64,000 nt of DNA from TPA_inf: Saccharomyces (taxonomy: Eukaryota), in the NCBI GenBank assembly GCA_000146045.2, contig BK006947.3, positions 384,001-448,000 on the forward strand, in the 5' to 3' direction. Below the pieces are notes generated by a model. That model was not told the origin of the DNA. It was given only the letters and a program-made list of their open reading frames with translations, and did no database searches. The position numbers were made by a program, and so were the translations under genes. Positions 1 through 10,684 of this stretch are shown here, one piece after another; within the stretch, counting starts at the first letter, position 1, and each line of letters opens with the position of its first letter.

Positions 1-2848
1 AAGATCTCATTCCAAAGGCCCCATTATAAGGTCTGTGTCTTTAGAAGATCTTAAGAGAAACTCTAGTTTCAAAGGCAATCTAAAGTACAAAGATGAAGTC
101 ACTTCACATAAAGAACCACAGGTCGGAACATTGAGCAACGAAGAACTGCTAAAAGATTTGGACAACATGTTGCGCGGTAAACTGAACATGGGAAGAAACA
201 GTTTTCATGCCGATAAAAGAAATAAATCAGATGGAAATATCAGTGCCTTAACCTTCAAGGCAAGATCAGGTCTTGAGGGAGATATTCGTACCATAGATAT
301 ACAGCAAGATAGTAGTGATGAAAATGATAATTTTAAGTTCAGTGATGATGGCGTTAATAAGGATAGAAATAATGAGAAAGATAATAATACTGATAACGCC
401 GTTGAATTTCAAGACGATGCTGAAGAAGCTGAAGAGGAGAATGAGGATGAATCATTTGCTAATGTAGATGAACTGGATGGCTTTGATTTGAATAAGGTTT
501 CTGATGGCAAGCATGTTCCTATCAATGAAAAGGGCGAAGTTGATTATAATATGCCGGTAGATAAAGAATTTCAGAAATCACTTGACCAGTGCGCAGCTTC
601 ACTTGAGGAAAGATCAAGTGCACCTTATGCTTTACAAAGAGCAGTGGACTGGGAATTGAAGATGTTTTATTCTTTGGAAGATGAACTGTCGGAATGGTTT
701 TGCAGCTCTGATTATATGCATTTTGGACAGACACAGACTCTGTTTAAACAGAAAATTACGCAACCACAATTATTCTTTGATGATGAAAACTATGCTGCGA
801 GCGTAGTTGAATGTTTAATTGAAGACATCCCCAATTCTTTAGCATCTAATTTACTCGCATTATCATATATTTCTATGGGATGCTTTGCGTTTACGAATAG
901 CAAAAGTGAGCATACAAAGATTATACGACGCAACAATTTAATGCTTGTTCCTCATATTCAAGAAATTGTTCATGCCTTCAAGAAGATTGCAATAAGTTGT
1001 AGGGATGACAACAGAAATTTAAAGAAACAAACAATTTTGCTATTTCATTCGTCAACAATCCTATACTTCATATGCAGTATTTGTATAGAAGGTAGAGGAG
1101 AAAATCCGGAAGCAGTAAATGTTGTTATCGACGCTTTTGAGAAAACAGATTTGTTGGAATTTTTAACAAAGTATATTGAAAATTGGAGGTGGAATAGCAG
1201 ATTAGCTATGCGCATAAGAAATATGATTTCTTTGCTCTTCAAGCTTATTGTATTACAATTTGGTGACAGTTCTGTCTACAAACAGACCAAATCATCTATT
1301 TATAATCTCCATGGCTTAACATATCCATCAAAGCATCCAGAAAAGCTTTCTATCTCCCCATTACATTATCAAGCATTCAGGGAGGACATTACTTCCCGTT
1401 TTCCTGATTACAATATGCCCAGTTCTGGCTTACCTAAAGATGTTGACAAATCAGAATCTCTTTCCCAGTTTCTGGAAATTCCTCGTCCAAAATCAAAGAA
1501 TCCTCTAAATATGGCGCTCATTGTTCCTGAAAAACATATTGCTACACCTGCTCCTTCACCGCCAAGCTCTCCACAATTAATGCATTTAGGTGAAGGTCCT
1601 AGACCTCGTAAATCTTTCCAAACAAACATGGCATATCCGTGTTTGTATCCATCTGATAATGAAGGATCTGAAGATGACACTCTGGAAGATAGGATAGATT
1701 TAAATATAGAGAGAAAACCTGATAACGATATAGTTATTCCATTCAGTACCGAAGAGGCAGCGAGAATATTAAGCGAGAGTTTAGAAATTAAGCTGAGTAC
1801 AAAACAACTTTGGTACGAAAGGGACTTATTCATGATAACTGAACGTGGTTGGAAACAGCAATTAGAAAATGAGCCATATGATTATGCCGCGCTTAATCAT
1901 GATGCAAACTCTTCAAAAGAGGAAAAAAGTGCGATTTGCATTATGCAGCGAATTGACAAATATTATAAGAGCTGCCTTTCGAGCTTTAACTCTCTTGTTT
2001 TTGTCTTACTGCAAACAATGGAATCAAGCTTGACAAATAACTTTCATAGGAAAAGTGAAGTCTCCGATAAAAATCTTCTAAATATGCTGACACCCCAATT
2101 GGAGATCGTGAGAGCTAAGGAATTGTCCCTAAAGTCAGCAGCGGGCATATTACATGCGTTATTGAAGTGGTTTAAGTTAAGCCATATTTTGAAATTTGAA
2201 CACTTGGCGGTAGTTATTCACGATTCGCGATACATCAACACATGCGCATCTATTTTAAGCAAATATTCTGAGGTTTATCCAGAGAGGGTTTTCAATAAAT
2301 ATGTACAAACCCCGAATTCATTTTGGAAGGAGTGTTCTCTCTCTAACGAGTCTTATCGTGAATCCTATTCAGTAGATGACTCAGGAGAGGTCGACACGGA
2401 GATTATGCCTTCGTTTGCATATCTGTTAAGAATCTTGAGAAAAGTCACAGGGAATAAAACACAAAGGTTAAAGGAGCTGCCCCTCTCCATCGGCATTCTA
2501 TTTAAACGCTATTATCGGCTCTTCAACCTTGACATGTATCATCCAATATTGAAAATAACAAGAGAACTCACACCATTCAAAAACAAGAGGTGGAAATCCG
2601 AGCATATGGAATTGATATCGGGGGTTTACCTTTATGAAAAGCTGGAGTTAACTGATAATTGGGTAACAGGGAAGGATATATCAGGAGAGTTGAGCGATGC
2701 TTGTGGTCAAGAAATTGCACTCCGGGCCTTGCTTCAATTTTACAATTTTCAACACTATGAAATATCTATGGAGGACCTTGGATATGGACACCGTAATAGT
2801 TCCAGCCAAGATCTGTTAAACAAGGAATCCGAGTATTTGAATATTTAA
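1..2848 (+). CDS. FAR11: FAR11 (YNL127W), 5'-truncated by the window edge. Open frame from nt 2 with TAA at 2846-2848. The track's 'M' at nt 35 is a GTG codon, an artefact of the ORF caller.
   Basis: 948 codons lie in the window. FAR11 is 953 aa as I remember it, so about 5 codons fall upstream. Identity rests on position (immediately upstream of SPC98), length and recollection. Confidence 0.75.
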   Translation, partial: RSHSKGPIIRSVSLEDLKRNSSFKGNLKYKDEVTSHKEPQVGTLSNEELLKDLDNMLRGKLNMGRNSFHADKRNKSDGNISALTFKARSGLEGDIRTIDIQQDSSDENDNFKFSDDGVNKDRNNEKDNNTDNAVEFQDDAEEAEEENEDESFANVDELDGFDLNKVSDGKHVPINEKGEVDYNMPVDKEFQKSLDQCAASLEERSSAPYALQRAVDWELKMFYSLEDELSEWFCSSDYMHFGQTQTLFKQKITQPQLFFDDENYAASVVECLIEDIPNSLASNLLALSYISMGCFAFTNSKSEHTKIIRRNNLMLVPHIQEIVHAFKKIAISCRDDNRNLKKQTILLFHSSTILYFICSICIEGRGENPEAVNVVIDAFEKTDLLEFLTKYIENWRWNSRLAMRIRNMISLLFKLIVLQFGDSSVYKQTKSSIYNLHGLTYPSKHPEKLSISPLHYQAFREDITSRFPDYNMPSSGLPKDVDKSESLSQFLEIPRPKSKNPLNMALIVPEKHIATPAPSPPSSPQLMHLGEGPRPRKSFQTNMAYPCLYPSDNEGSEDDTLEDRIDLNIERKPDNDIVIPFSTEEAARILSESLEIKLSTKQLWYERDLFMITERGWKQQLENEPYDYAALNHDANSSKEEKSAICIMQRIDKYYKSCLSSFNSLVFVLLQTMESSLTNNFHRKSEVSDKNLLNMLTPQLEIVRAKELSLKSAAGILHALLKWFKLSHILKFEHLAVVIHDSRYINTCASILSKYSEVYPERVFNKYVQTPNSFWKECSLSNESYRESYSVDDSGEVDTEIMPSFAYLLRILRKVTGNKTQRLKELPLSIGILFKRYYRLFNLDMYHPILKITRELTPFKNKRWKSEHMELISGVYLYEKLELTDNWVTGKDISGELSDACGQEIALRALLQFYNFQHYEISMEDLGYGHRNSSSQDLLNKESEYLNI

Positions 2849-3226
2849 ATCTCTACTTACGGATACCGAGGCTCGGGGCGCGATGTTATTGTCATTAACA
2901 ATCTCCTATCCCTCCCTATGTTTATATAGTTTTCAATGGAGGAGCATGAAAACCCCTTAAATAGTGTTTATTTGATCGCGCAATGGTGATGATTGGATCT
3001 TCATATCACAAGTGGGATACTAGGACAACCGTTGTTGGATTTCTATTATCATAATATATACGGGTAACGATTTTTGATGCGTCGCGTTTGTAAACAAAAC
3101 TAAACAAAACAAACAAATATACTCATTTGATGGCTTCATCTGCATATAAGAAATAGAAGAGCCAGAATACTAAGCATAACCATAATATATATTACAGTCT
3201 ATTTCAGTTGTAGCTGAAAAATCAAT

Positions 3227-5767
3227 ATGGAACTAGAGCCCACTCTTTTTGGTATAATAGAGGCATTGGCTCCTCAATTATTGTCGCAGAGTCATTTGCA
3301 GACATTTGTATCTGATGTAGTCAATTTACTGCGATCATCCACCAAATCGGCAACTCAATTAGGCCCTTTAATTGATTTTTACAAATTACAATCACTAGAT
3401 TCGCCTGAAACAACAATTATGTGGCATAAAATTGAGAAATTTCTCGATGCTTTATTTGGAATCCAGAACACCGATGATATGGTAAAGTACCTCTCTGTCT
3501 TTCAATCTTTGCTTCCATCAAATTACAGAGCAAAAATTGTCCAAAAATCATCTGGGCTCAATATGGAGAACCTTGCTAACCATGAACATTTACTTAGCCC
3601 AGTGCGGGCTCCAAGTATATATACAGAAGCTTCATTTGAAAACATGGACCGATTTTCTGAAAGAAGGTCCATGGTATCTTCGCCTAATCGTTACGTTCCC
3701 TCTTCAACCTACAGTTCTGTTACTTTGAGACAGTTGTCAAATCCTTATTATGTGAACACTATACCCGAGGAAGATATCCTAAAATACGTATCATATACAT
3801 TATTAGCTACGACATCGGCACTATTTCCGTTTGATCATGAGCAAATACAAATTCCGTCTAAGATACCCAATTTTGAGAGTGGACTTTTACATTTAATATT
3901 TGAAGCGGGTTTATTATATCAAAGTTTGGGTTATAAAGTGGAGAAGTTTAGGATGTTGAATATATCTCCAATGAAAAAAGCATTGATTATAGAAATTTCA
4001 GAAGAATTACAAAACTACACAGCATTTGTGAACAATCTGGTCTCTTCAGGGACAGTAGTGTCATTGAAATCGTTATATCGTGAAATATATGAAAATATAA
4101 TAAGGCTTCGAATATACTGTAGGTTTACAGAACACCTTGAAGAATTGAGCGGAGATACATTCTTGATTGAATTAAATATTTTCAAATCCCACGGAGATCT
4201 TACTATAAGAAAAATAGCAACGAATTTGTTTAATTCAATGATTTCTCTTTATTATGAGTATTTAATGAATTGGTTGACTAAAGGTCTACTCCGAGCTACT
4301 TATGGAGAATTCTTCATTGCTGAAAACACTGATACAAATGGTACAGACGATGATTTTATTTACCACATTCCTATAGAGTTCAACCAAGAAAGAGTTCCGG
4401 CCTTCATACCGAAAGAGTTGGCATATAAAATATTCATGATCGGCAAATCGTATATCTTCCTAGAAAAGTACTGTAAAGAGGTTCAATGGACAAACGAATT
4501 TTCTAAAAAGTATCATGTCCTGTACCAGAGCAATTCTTATCGGGGAATATCAACGAACTTTTTTGAAATTATAAATGATCAATATTCTGAAATTGTTAAT
4601 CATACTAATCAAATTCTAAATCAGAAGTTTCATTACAGAGACGTGGTATTTGCGTTAAAGAATATTCTTCTCATGGGTAAATCTGATTTTATGGATGCTC
4701 TTATAGAAAAGGCCAATGATATTCTCGCGACACCATCGGATTCATTGCCAAATTATAAGTTAACAAGGGTTTTACAGGAAGCCGTGCAGCTTTCTTCCTT
4801 AAGACATTTAATGAATAGTCCCCGTAATAGTTCTGTCATTAATGGATTGGATGCGAGGGTACTCGATCTTGGACATGGATCCGTGGGTTGGGATGTTTTT
4901 ACTTTAGATTACATCCTCTACCCCCCTTTGAGTTTAGTATTAAACGTAAATCGTCCTTTTGGCAGGAAAGAGTATCTACGAATTTTCAATTTTTTATGGA
5001 GATTTAAAAAGAACAATTATTTCTATCAAAAGGAAATGTTGAAGAGTAATGATATAATCAGATCATTCAAGAAAATCAGAGGTTACAACCCGCTCATCCG
5101 TGATATTATCAATAAACTTTCTAGAATCAGTATACTTAGAACTCAATTCCAGCAATTCAACTCGAAGATGGAATCTTATTATTTGAACTGCATTATAGAG
5201 GAAAATTTTAAAGAAATGACCCGGAAACTGCAACGCACAGAGAATAAAAGCCAAAACCAATTCGACTTAATTAGATTAAATAATGGCACCATAGAATTAA
5301 ATGGGATTTTAACCCCAAAAGCTGAAGTACTAACAAAGTCTTCAAGCAGTAAACCCCAAAAACACGCAATCGAAAAGACGCTGAATATTGATGAATTAGA
5401 AAGTGTACATAACACGTTCTTGACGAATATTCTTTCTCATAAGCTTTTTGCAACTAACACAAGTGAAATAAGCGTTGGTGATTATTCTGGGCAACCATAC
5501 CCAACTTCATTGGTTTTACTTTTAAATTCGGTTTACGAGTTCGTCAAAGTTTATTGTAATTTGAACGACATTGGATACGAAATCTTCATTAAAATGAATC
5601 TCAATGATCACGAAGCATCTAACGGATTATTGGGAAAATTTAATACGAATTTAAAGGAAATTGTTAGCCAGTATAAAAATTTTAAAGACAGACTGTATAT
5701 TTTTAGGGCAGATTTAAAGAACGATGGCGATGAAGAGCTTTTCTTATTGAGCAAATCGCTCCGTTAA
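3227..5767 (+). CDS. SPC98: SPC98 (YNL126W), gamma-tubulin complex component of the spindle pole body, 846 aa
   Basis: Length is exact. The N-terminus reads MELEPTLFGIIEALAPQLL. Synteny fits. Confidence 0.85.
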   Translation: MELEPTLFGIIEALAPQLLSQSHLQTFVSDVVNLLRSSTKSATQLGPLIDFYKLQSLDSPETTIMWHKIEKFLDALFGIQNTDDMVKYLSVFQSLLPSNYRAKIVQKSSGLNMENLANHEHLLSPVRAPSIYTEASFENMDRFSERRSMVSSPNRYVPSSTYSSVTLRQLSNPYYVNTIPEEDILKYVSYTLLATTSALFPFDHEQIQIPSKIPNFESGLLHLIFEAGLLYQSLGYKVEKFRMLNISPMKKALIIEISEELQNYTAFVNNLVSSGTVVSLKSLYREIYENIIRLRIYCRFTEHLEELSGDTFLIELNIFKSHGDLTIRKIATNLFNSMISLYYEYLMNWLTKGLLRATYGEFFIAENTDTNGTDDDFIYHIPIEFNQERVPAFIPKELAYKIFMIGKSYIFLEKYCKEVQWTNEFSKKYHVLYQSNSYRGISTNFFEIINDQYSEIVNHTNQILNQKFHYRDVVFALKNILLMGKSDFMDALIEKANDILATPSDSLPNYKLTRVLQEAVQLSSLRHLMNSPRNSSVINGLDARVLDLGHGSVGWDVFTLDYILYPPLSLVLNVNRPFGRKEYLRIFNFLWRFKKNNYFYQKEMLKSNDIIRSFKKIRGYNPLIRDIINKLSRISILRTQFQQFNSKMESYYLNCIIEENFKEMTRKLQRTENKSQNQFDLIRLNNGTIELNGILTPKAEVLTKSSSSKPQKHAIEKTLNIDELESVHNTFLTNILSHKLFATNTSEISVGDYSGQPYPTSLVLLLNSVYEFVKVYCNLNDIGYEIFIKMNLNDHEASNGLLGKFNTNLKEIVSQYKNFKDRLYIFRADLKNDGDEELFLLSKSLR

Positions 5768-6145
5768 GAAATGATCCCGTCCCGTTTTTCATTTATAATA
5801 AATTTCCTCCACGCAGGTTTAATGTATAAGTTGTAATGGTAGCAAATGATTTACAGATTTATTTGCAAGTAAAGAGACTCTTTTTTCGTTTTGTTTTTCC
5901 TGGATCCGCAACACAAAGTGTATTACATATGGATACATGGAATATCTTTACAGTGCTAAATATATTAGGTTAAAAAAAGGTCGTTTTCTGTAAAGAATGC
6001 TTTTTCAGCGTTAACTTTACGTCTTTTTGATAATAAAGAAATTTAATTAGGTGAAGCGGAGATATTGAATATTATGTACTAATGATATGATGAGTAGGCG
6101 ACGTAACTATCGCGTATATAACATGAATCAGGTCGTCGAAAAGAA

Positions 6146-8167
6146 CTAGACCTTCATTGGATATACCATTCTTAGGAAGTATTTTTTAATGCCCGGACCT
6201 AAAAGAAGGTCATATTTAGTCTTTCTTTCTTTTAATTTACCCCAATCTTCATCGGCAGAATCGGTATCGTATTCGCTTGCCTTCCATTCTTTTAACTTCT
6301 CGTTTGTCATAGCTTGTCTTTCCGTTAATTTCATCCTGATAGAATATTCACGAAGGATAGAAATTAAAATTAGTGCGGCAATAAAGCAGCAACCGCAAAA
6401 AATTTGTGCATGTAAGTAAGGATTGCTCTTATCTTTCTCCACCGTCAATGCCTGGGCAATCACCTCACAAACCAATAAGAAAGGCGCACCACAGTAGTTG
6501 ACGAAGGCCCAAGCGGGCAAAAACTCTTCTGGTTTAACCATATCGGCAATCAGAACGGTATTCATGACGTTGGCGACACCAACGCATGAGCCAACTAGAA
6601 TTGAAAAAAAGATGAGTTGAACAAACGTATGAGCGGGGATCCAGAACGCAAACATATATATTGTTAACAAAGTGGTTAATACGATCGTTACGTTTGCCCT
6701 ACCAAACTTATCTCCCGCTAAACCCATCAGAGGTCTTCCGATGGATTGCGAGCCGTTCAAAATGGCAGTCAATGTGGAAGCGTCGTGCGATGATAATCCT
6801 TTCGAGATTGCGTATGAAGATAAAGTAAAAACCATCATATTGTAGGCAAATAATGCGAACATGAACCATAATGCAATAAGTACCACAAATGGCTTAGTTA
6901 TAACCTTTAATGAAAACATTGCTTTGAGCTGTTCAAACATGGCCCGAGGCGATTTCAATCCTATGGCAGGTGTAGGGTTTCTTTCTTTTAAGAGCGCAAT
7001 AGCAACTAGAACACTTATGCTACACGATATGCCTATGATACGAAGGCACCACCGGGTATTTCCAAAGTCAGAAAGCATTTTGTTTGTAGCCAAACCGTAA
7101 ACGACACCACCAGCACCGGTACCCAATAATGAGACACCCATTGCGACAGCTCTTTTTTTCAAGAACCATCCTGGTAAGACGGTTGTTGCTGGAACGAAAA
7201 TCAGTGATATTGAACAACCGACCATAAAACCTTGGGTGACATACAATTGCCATAACTTGGTAGTAAAGGAGGCCAAGAGATATGCGGCAAGCATTACAGC
7301 ATCACCAAAAAGCATGGTGGTCCGCAGACCAATTATTCTCATCAGTGCCATCACAAGGGGGGATAAGAGTTGACCGAGAAAGACAGTTAGGCCAGCAATT
7401 AAGGCATAATCGTACTTCGAAGCACCAGGGTAAGTATCATGGTTTAAGTAGTAGGCAAGGTCGACACCGAAGGATGCGTTGCAGCCCCACGTGGAAAACA
7501 TGGTCAAGAACACACAGAATGTCACGACCCAGCCATAACCACCGTCGGGGGGCAGTTCCAGCTGCCCGGTAGACTTGTTGGTGAATACTTTTTTTACAGT
7601 CGGTTCATCAGGCTCGAATTCGGTTATTCCTTGGGCCTCAAGATCCTTACCGGAGTGTTTCGTGGAAGCCGGATATAGTCTATTCCTCATGAGTTTGGAG
7701 TCCATGGAAGCTTTATGTTCTGTAGTATCATTTTGAATAGAAGAAGCAGAGAAAGCAGAGGAAGATGGTGCCGACAACGAGGCGCCTGCAGTCGTGGTGT
7801 GTGTGACTGGGATGTTTAACTTTGACTGGACTGACTCATTGTGCTGTAGCCTAATGGCATCGGCCACGTCAAATCTAGATTCTAATATTTTATTAACGTC
7901 TGCGGAATTTTCTTCCGTCTGCAAGTTGTCGTCATCGACAGCCTTTTTAATGTCGTTGAGCCGATTAGTTAACGTCCTACTAATAGACAATTTTCTCGAT
8001 GCATCGTTCGACTTGGTGCTGTGTAGATCAGAGCATGGAACCGGAGCAGCAATAGAAGCCTTAGAGAATGATACAGGCTGTGAAGAGTTTATCGAAGAAA
8101 CCTCGGACGATGTCTCAGAGACCATTCCGGAAGAAGCAGAAAAGTAGTCGTTTGAGTGCGTTGACAT
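6146..8167 (-). CDS. ESBP6: ESBP6 (YNL125C), monocarboxylate-transporter-like MFS permease, 673 aa
   Basis: Length is exact. The C-terminal two thirds is a multi-pass hydrophobic region typical of the major facilitator superfamily. The N-terminus is S/T-rich. Confidence 0.8.
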   Translation of the reverse strand: MSTHSNDYFSASSGMVSETSSEVSSINSSQPVSFSKASIAAPVPCSDLHSTKSNDASRKLSISRTLTNRLNDIKKAVDDDNLQTEENSADVNKILESRFDVADAIRLQHNESVQSKLNIPVTHTTTAGASLSAPSSSAFSASSIQNDTTEHKASMDSKLMRNRLYPASTKHSGKDLEAQGITEFEPDEPTVKKVFTNKSTGQLELPPDGGYGWVVTFCVFLTMFSTWGCNASFGVDLAYYLNHDTYPGASKYDYALIAGLTVFLGQLLSPLVMALMRIIGLRTTMLFGDAVMLAAYLLASFTTKLWQLYVTQGFMVGCSISLIFVPATTVLPGWFLKKRAVAMGVSLLGTGAGGVVYGLATNKMLSDFGNTRWCLRIIGISCSISVLVAIALLKERNPTPAIGLKSPRAMFEQLKAMFSLKVITKPFVVLIALWFMFALFAYNMMVFTLSSYAISKGLSSHDASTLTAILNGSQSIGRPLMGLAGDKFGRANVTIVLTTLLTIYMFAFWIPAHTFVQLIFFSILVGSCVGVANVMNTVLIADMVKPEEFLPAWAFVNYCGAPFLLVCEVIAQALTVEKDKSNPYLHAQIFCGCCFIAALILISILREYSIRMKLTERQAMTNEKLKEWKASEYDTDSADEDWGKLKERKTKYDLLLGPGIKKYFLRMVYPMKV

Positions 8168-8774
8168 TTTTCAGATTTATTTTCAGAAGCCCCGTAATTA
8201 TACCTAAAGAAAAAGTAAAGAAAAGTGGAGAAAACAAAAGAAAAAGATAAAACTTTTAAATATGTGGTGTGACAAATGCAAAATACTATTCTGACTCGCA
8301 CATTTAACTAACAAAAGAAAATTTGTCTAAGTCTAGCAGCTTTGGTAGAATATAGAAGAAACAGTCTAGTTTTGGCTCCGATATGAGTGGACAAAGCATC
8401 AAGATCTAAGGAATGCCAAGTATTTATCCAGGTTCTCCCGAAGACTTTTCTTCAATAGCGGCGGGGGTTTTTTTTTTTTGCAGATTGCCGAGATAGCCCG
8501 CGGCAAAGATACGTTATCTCGGTTATCGTCGGCAAGCGCTATTGTAACTAGATATAGGAAACTGTGGTCTGCAAAGATGCGGTATAAGGCCTCCGTCTGT
8601 TCTTACTGCGTTATCAGCCTTTGACAGTTTTAGTTCGTCAGGGTCTTTGACCAAATGATAAATTCCCTGGTTTACATTTTCACTAGTTTGTTCTCGAGCA
8701 ATGCTTAGTTGGCACATAAATGAGTCAGGCACTACCACTCGGGTAACGGTCTGCGCGTTTCTTTTTGCGGCCAT

Positions 8775-8796
8775 GAAATTTTTCAGGCGATGAGCT
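8775..8796. promoter_or_regulatory. An RRPE-like element (GAAATTTTTCA, 8775-8785) next to a perfect PAC (GCGATGAGCT, 8787-8796), about 95 bp upstream of NAF1
   Basis: The PAC consensus is GCGATGAGMT and the RRPE consensus is TGAAAAATTTT (reverse complement AAAATTTTTCA). NAF1 is a ribosome-biogenesis factor. Confidence 0.5.
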
Positions 8797-8891
8797 TAAA
8801 GGTAAAGGAAAAAGATGGTAGGATGATAGGTAGGATGAAGCGGTATGAAAGTGGAAGAAGCACAATATAGCACGTCGAAACAGTGCTAATC

Positions 8892-10370
8892 ATGAGCGAT
8901 GACTTGTTTTCTAAGGCTTTGGAGAATCCCGACCAGGACTTGAACGTGGAATTGCCCAAGGATGATGTTGATTTAGGTCTTTTAGGTGATGGTGGGAACG
9001 AGAGGAAGACCGATGAACCGGTAGCAGACGCAGAAAGATCAACAGGCCTAGGATCCGGCTCTTCTGAATCCGAATCAGATTCCGGTTCTGATTCTGATTC
9101 TGATTCTGGCTCTTCAGGTAGTGAGGATGATTCTGCAGATCAGGACGTTGAAGGAGAGGACGAAGGTGGTGACGCGATTGAAAATGAAGACGAAGACGAA
9201 GACCCTTCACCTTCCGGTCCTATACTATCGAAGAACGAAATACTAGAGGAAACTGTTCCTGAACTACCGGAAGATTATGAAATTTCAGAAAAAACGATCA
9301 TCACTCCTATTGGTGTTTTGAAGTCTGCATTTGAAAATAATATAATCATTCACGCCACGATGTCGGGCGAAAAGCGTGTTTTAAAAGAGGGTTCCATTTT
9401 CTGTCTCGAGGATAGAACTTTGATCGGGATGTTGACGGAGGTGTTTGGACCCTTGCAAAACCCATTTTATAGAATTAAGTTGCCCGATTCAAAAAAAAAC
9501 TTATTCGATGAATTAAAAGTGCGTTTGGGTGAGAAAGCCTTTATAGTCACCCCTGATGCCCACTGGATAGATACTTTCGAGTTAAAGCGCAACAAAGGTA
9601 CTGATGCGTCTAATGGGTACGATGAAGAATTACCTGAAGAGGAACAAGAATTTTCCGACGACGAAAAAGAGGCCCTTTTCAAGAAAATGAAGAAACAGCA
9701 ACGGCAACGAAAGAAAAGGGACAACCGCAAACTAGCCAACGATAGTGACAATGTCAAGGTAAAGAGAGCTCGGCAGCCCAAGGCCAACAGTTTACCTAAA
9801 CTGGTACCGCCGTTGGGCATGAGCAGTAATGCTCCGATGCAACATGGGTACAAATCAAGAAACGCACGTGAAAATATCAAGCGTGAATCCAGTGCTACCT
9901 CTAATCGGAATGGCTCCTCCCCAGTGCCAATCACACAGCACCACCAACAACAGTTTTCTGCAAATAATTATCCCTTCCCTCAACAACCAAACGGTATGCC
10001 TTATCCACCATACTCACCTTTCCCTCAGCCGACTAACTTCCAGTATCCACCTCCACCATTTGGGCAGGCGACACCGGCCCAATTCTCCAACACTGTTCCA
10101 TATGGTAGCTTACCTCCCGCATACAACAATATGTCGCCGCCAACACAGCAGTCGTTCATGCCAATGACCCAAAGTCAACCGCCACTTCCATATGGCGTAC
10201 CTCCCATGAATCAAATGCAAAACCCAATGTACATCCAACCGCCACCTCAAGCACCTCCTCAGGGAAATGGTAATTTCCAACAAGTAATGGAATTACATCA
10301 AATACTTTTGCAGCAACAGCAACAGCAACACCAGTATCAGCATCAGCATCAGCAAGATCCAAGAACCTAG
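8892..10370 (+). CDS. NAF1: NAF1 (YNL124W), H/ACA snoRNP assembly factor, 492 aa. The start was moved to the MSDDLFSK Met. The track ORF begins 3 codons earlier at 8883.
   Basis: The N-terminal region is acidic and Ser/Asp-rich. The C-terminus is P/Q-rich with a poly-Q/H tail (QQQQQQHQYQHQHQQ). Length matches memory. Confidence 0.8.
   Translation: MSDDLFSKALENPDQDLNVELPKDDVDLGLLGDGGNERKTDEPVADAERSTGLGSGSSESESDSGSDSDSDSGSSGSEDDSADQDVEGEDEGGDAIENEDEDEDPSPSGPILSKNEILEETVPELPEDYEISEKTIITPIGVLKSAFENNIIIHATMSGEKRVLKEGSIFCLEDRTLIGMLTEVFGPLQNPFYRIKLPDSKKNLFDELKVRLGEKAFIVTPDAHWIDTFELKRNKGTDASNGYDEELPEEEQEFSDDEKEALFKKMKKQQRQRKKRDNRKLANDSDNVKVKRARQPKANSLPKLVPPLGMSSNAPMQHGYKSRNARENIKRESSATSNRNGSSPVPITQHHQQQFSANNYPFPQQPNGMPYPPYSPFPQPTNFQYPPPPFGQATPAQFSNTVPYGSLPPAYNNMSPPTQQSFMPMTQSQPPLPYGVPPMNQMQNPMYIQPPPQAPPQGNGNFQQVMELHQILLQQQQQQHQYQHQHQQDPRT
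9087..9107. repeat. (TCTGAT)x3.5 hexanucleotide repeat that encodes the (SD)n run in NAF1
   Basis: Read directly from the sequence. Confidence 0.8.
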
Positions 10371-10684
10371 AGTCACGATTGAAATATTTAATAATAAATG
10401 CTATGTATCATAGATAAACTAGAAAGAGGCAAGAAAAATTTAACAAGTTTCTTAATTGAATATTATTTTACTGTCACTACCATTATTAGACGCCATCTCA
10501 GCGTGTGACATGATAATTTTTCTTTTTTTCTTTTTTTTTCCTCAAGGCGATGATATGAAACTTTCAAAAAATTTATATGTAAATAAAAAAGTTCTACGAG
10601 GGTTTAAATACGGAAGTTTATTTAGAAGATATTTATACTCTGAATACACACGTAGAGTACAGTAAAGGTTTTTTAGATCTACTA

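Noticed and set aside
35-37. Track start codon at nt 35 for the first ORF
   Set aside because: The codon is GTG, not ATG. The frame is open back to nt 2, so the gene (FAR11) is simply cut by the window edge.
10456-10665. 69-aa ORF with a poly-Phe run in the NMA111 promoter
   Set aside because: It is just a translation of a poly(dT) tract. There is no coding evidence.
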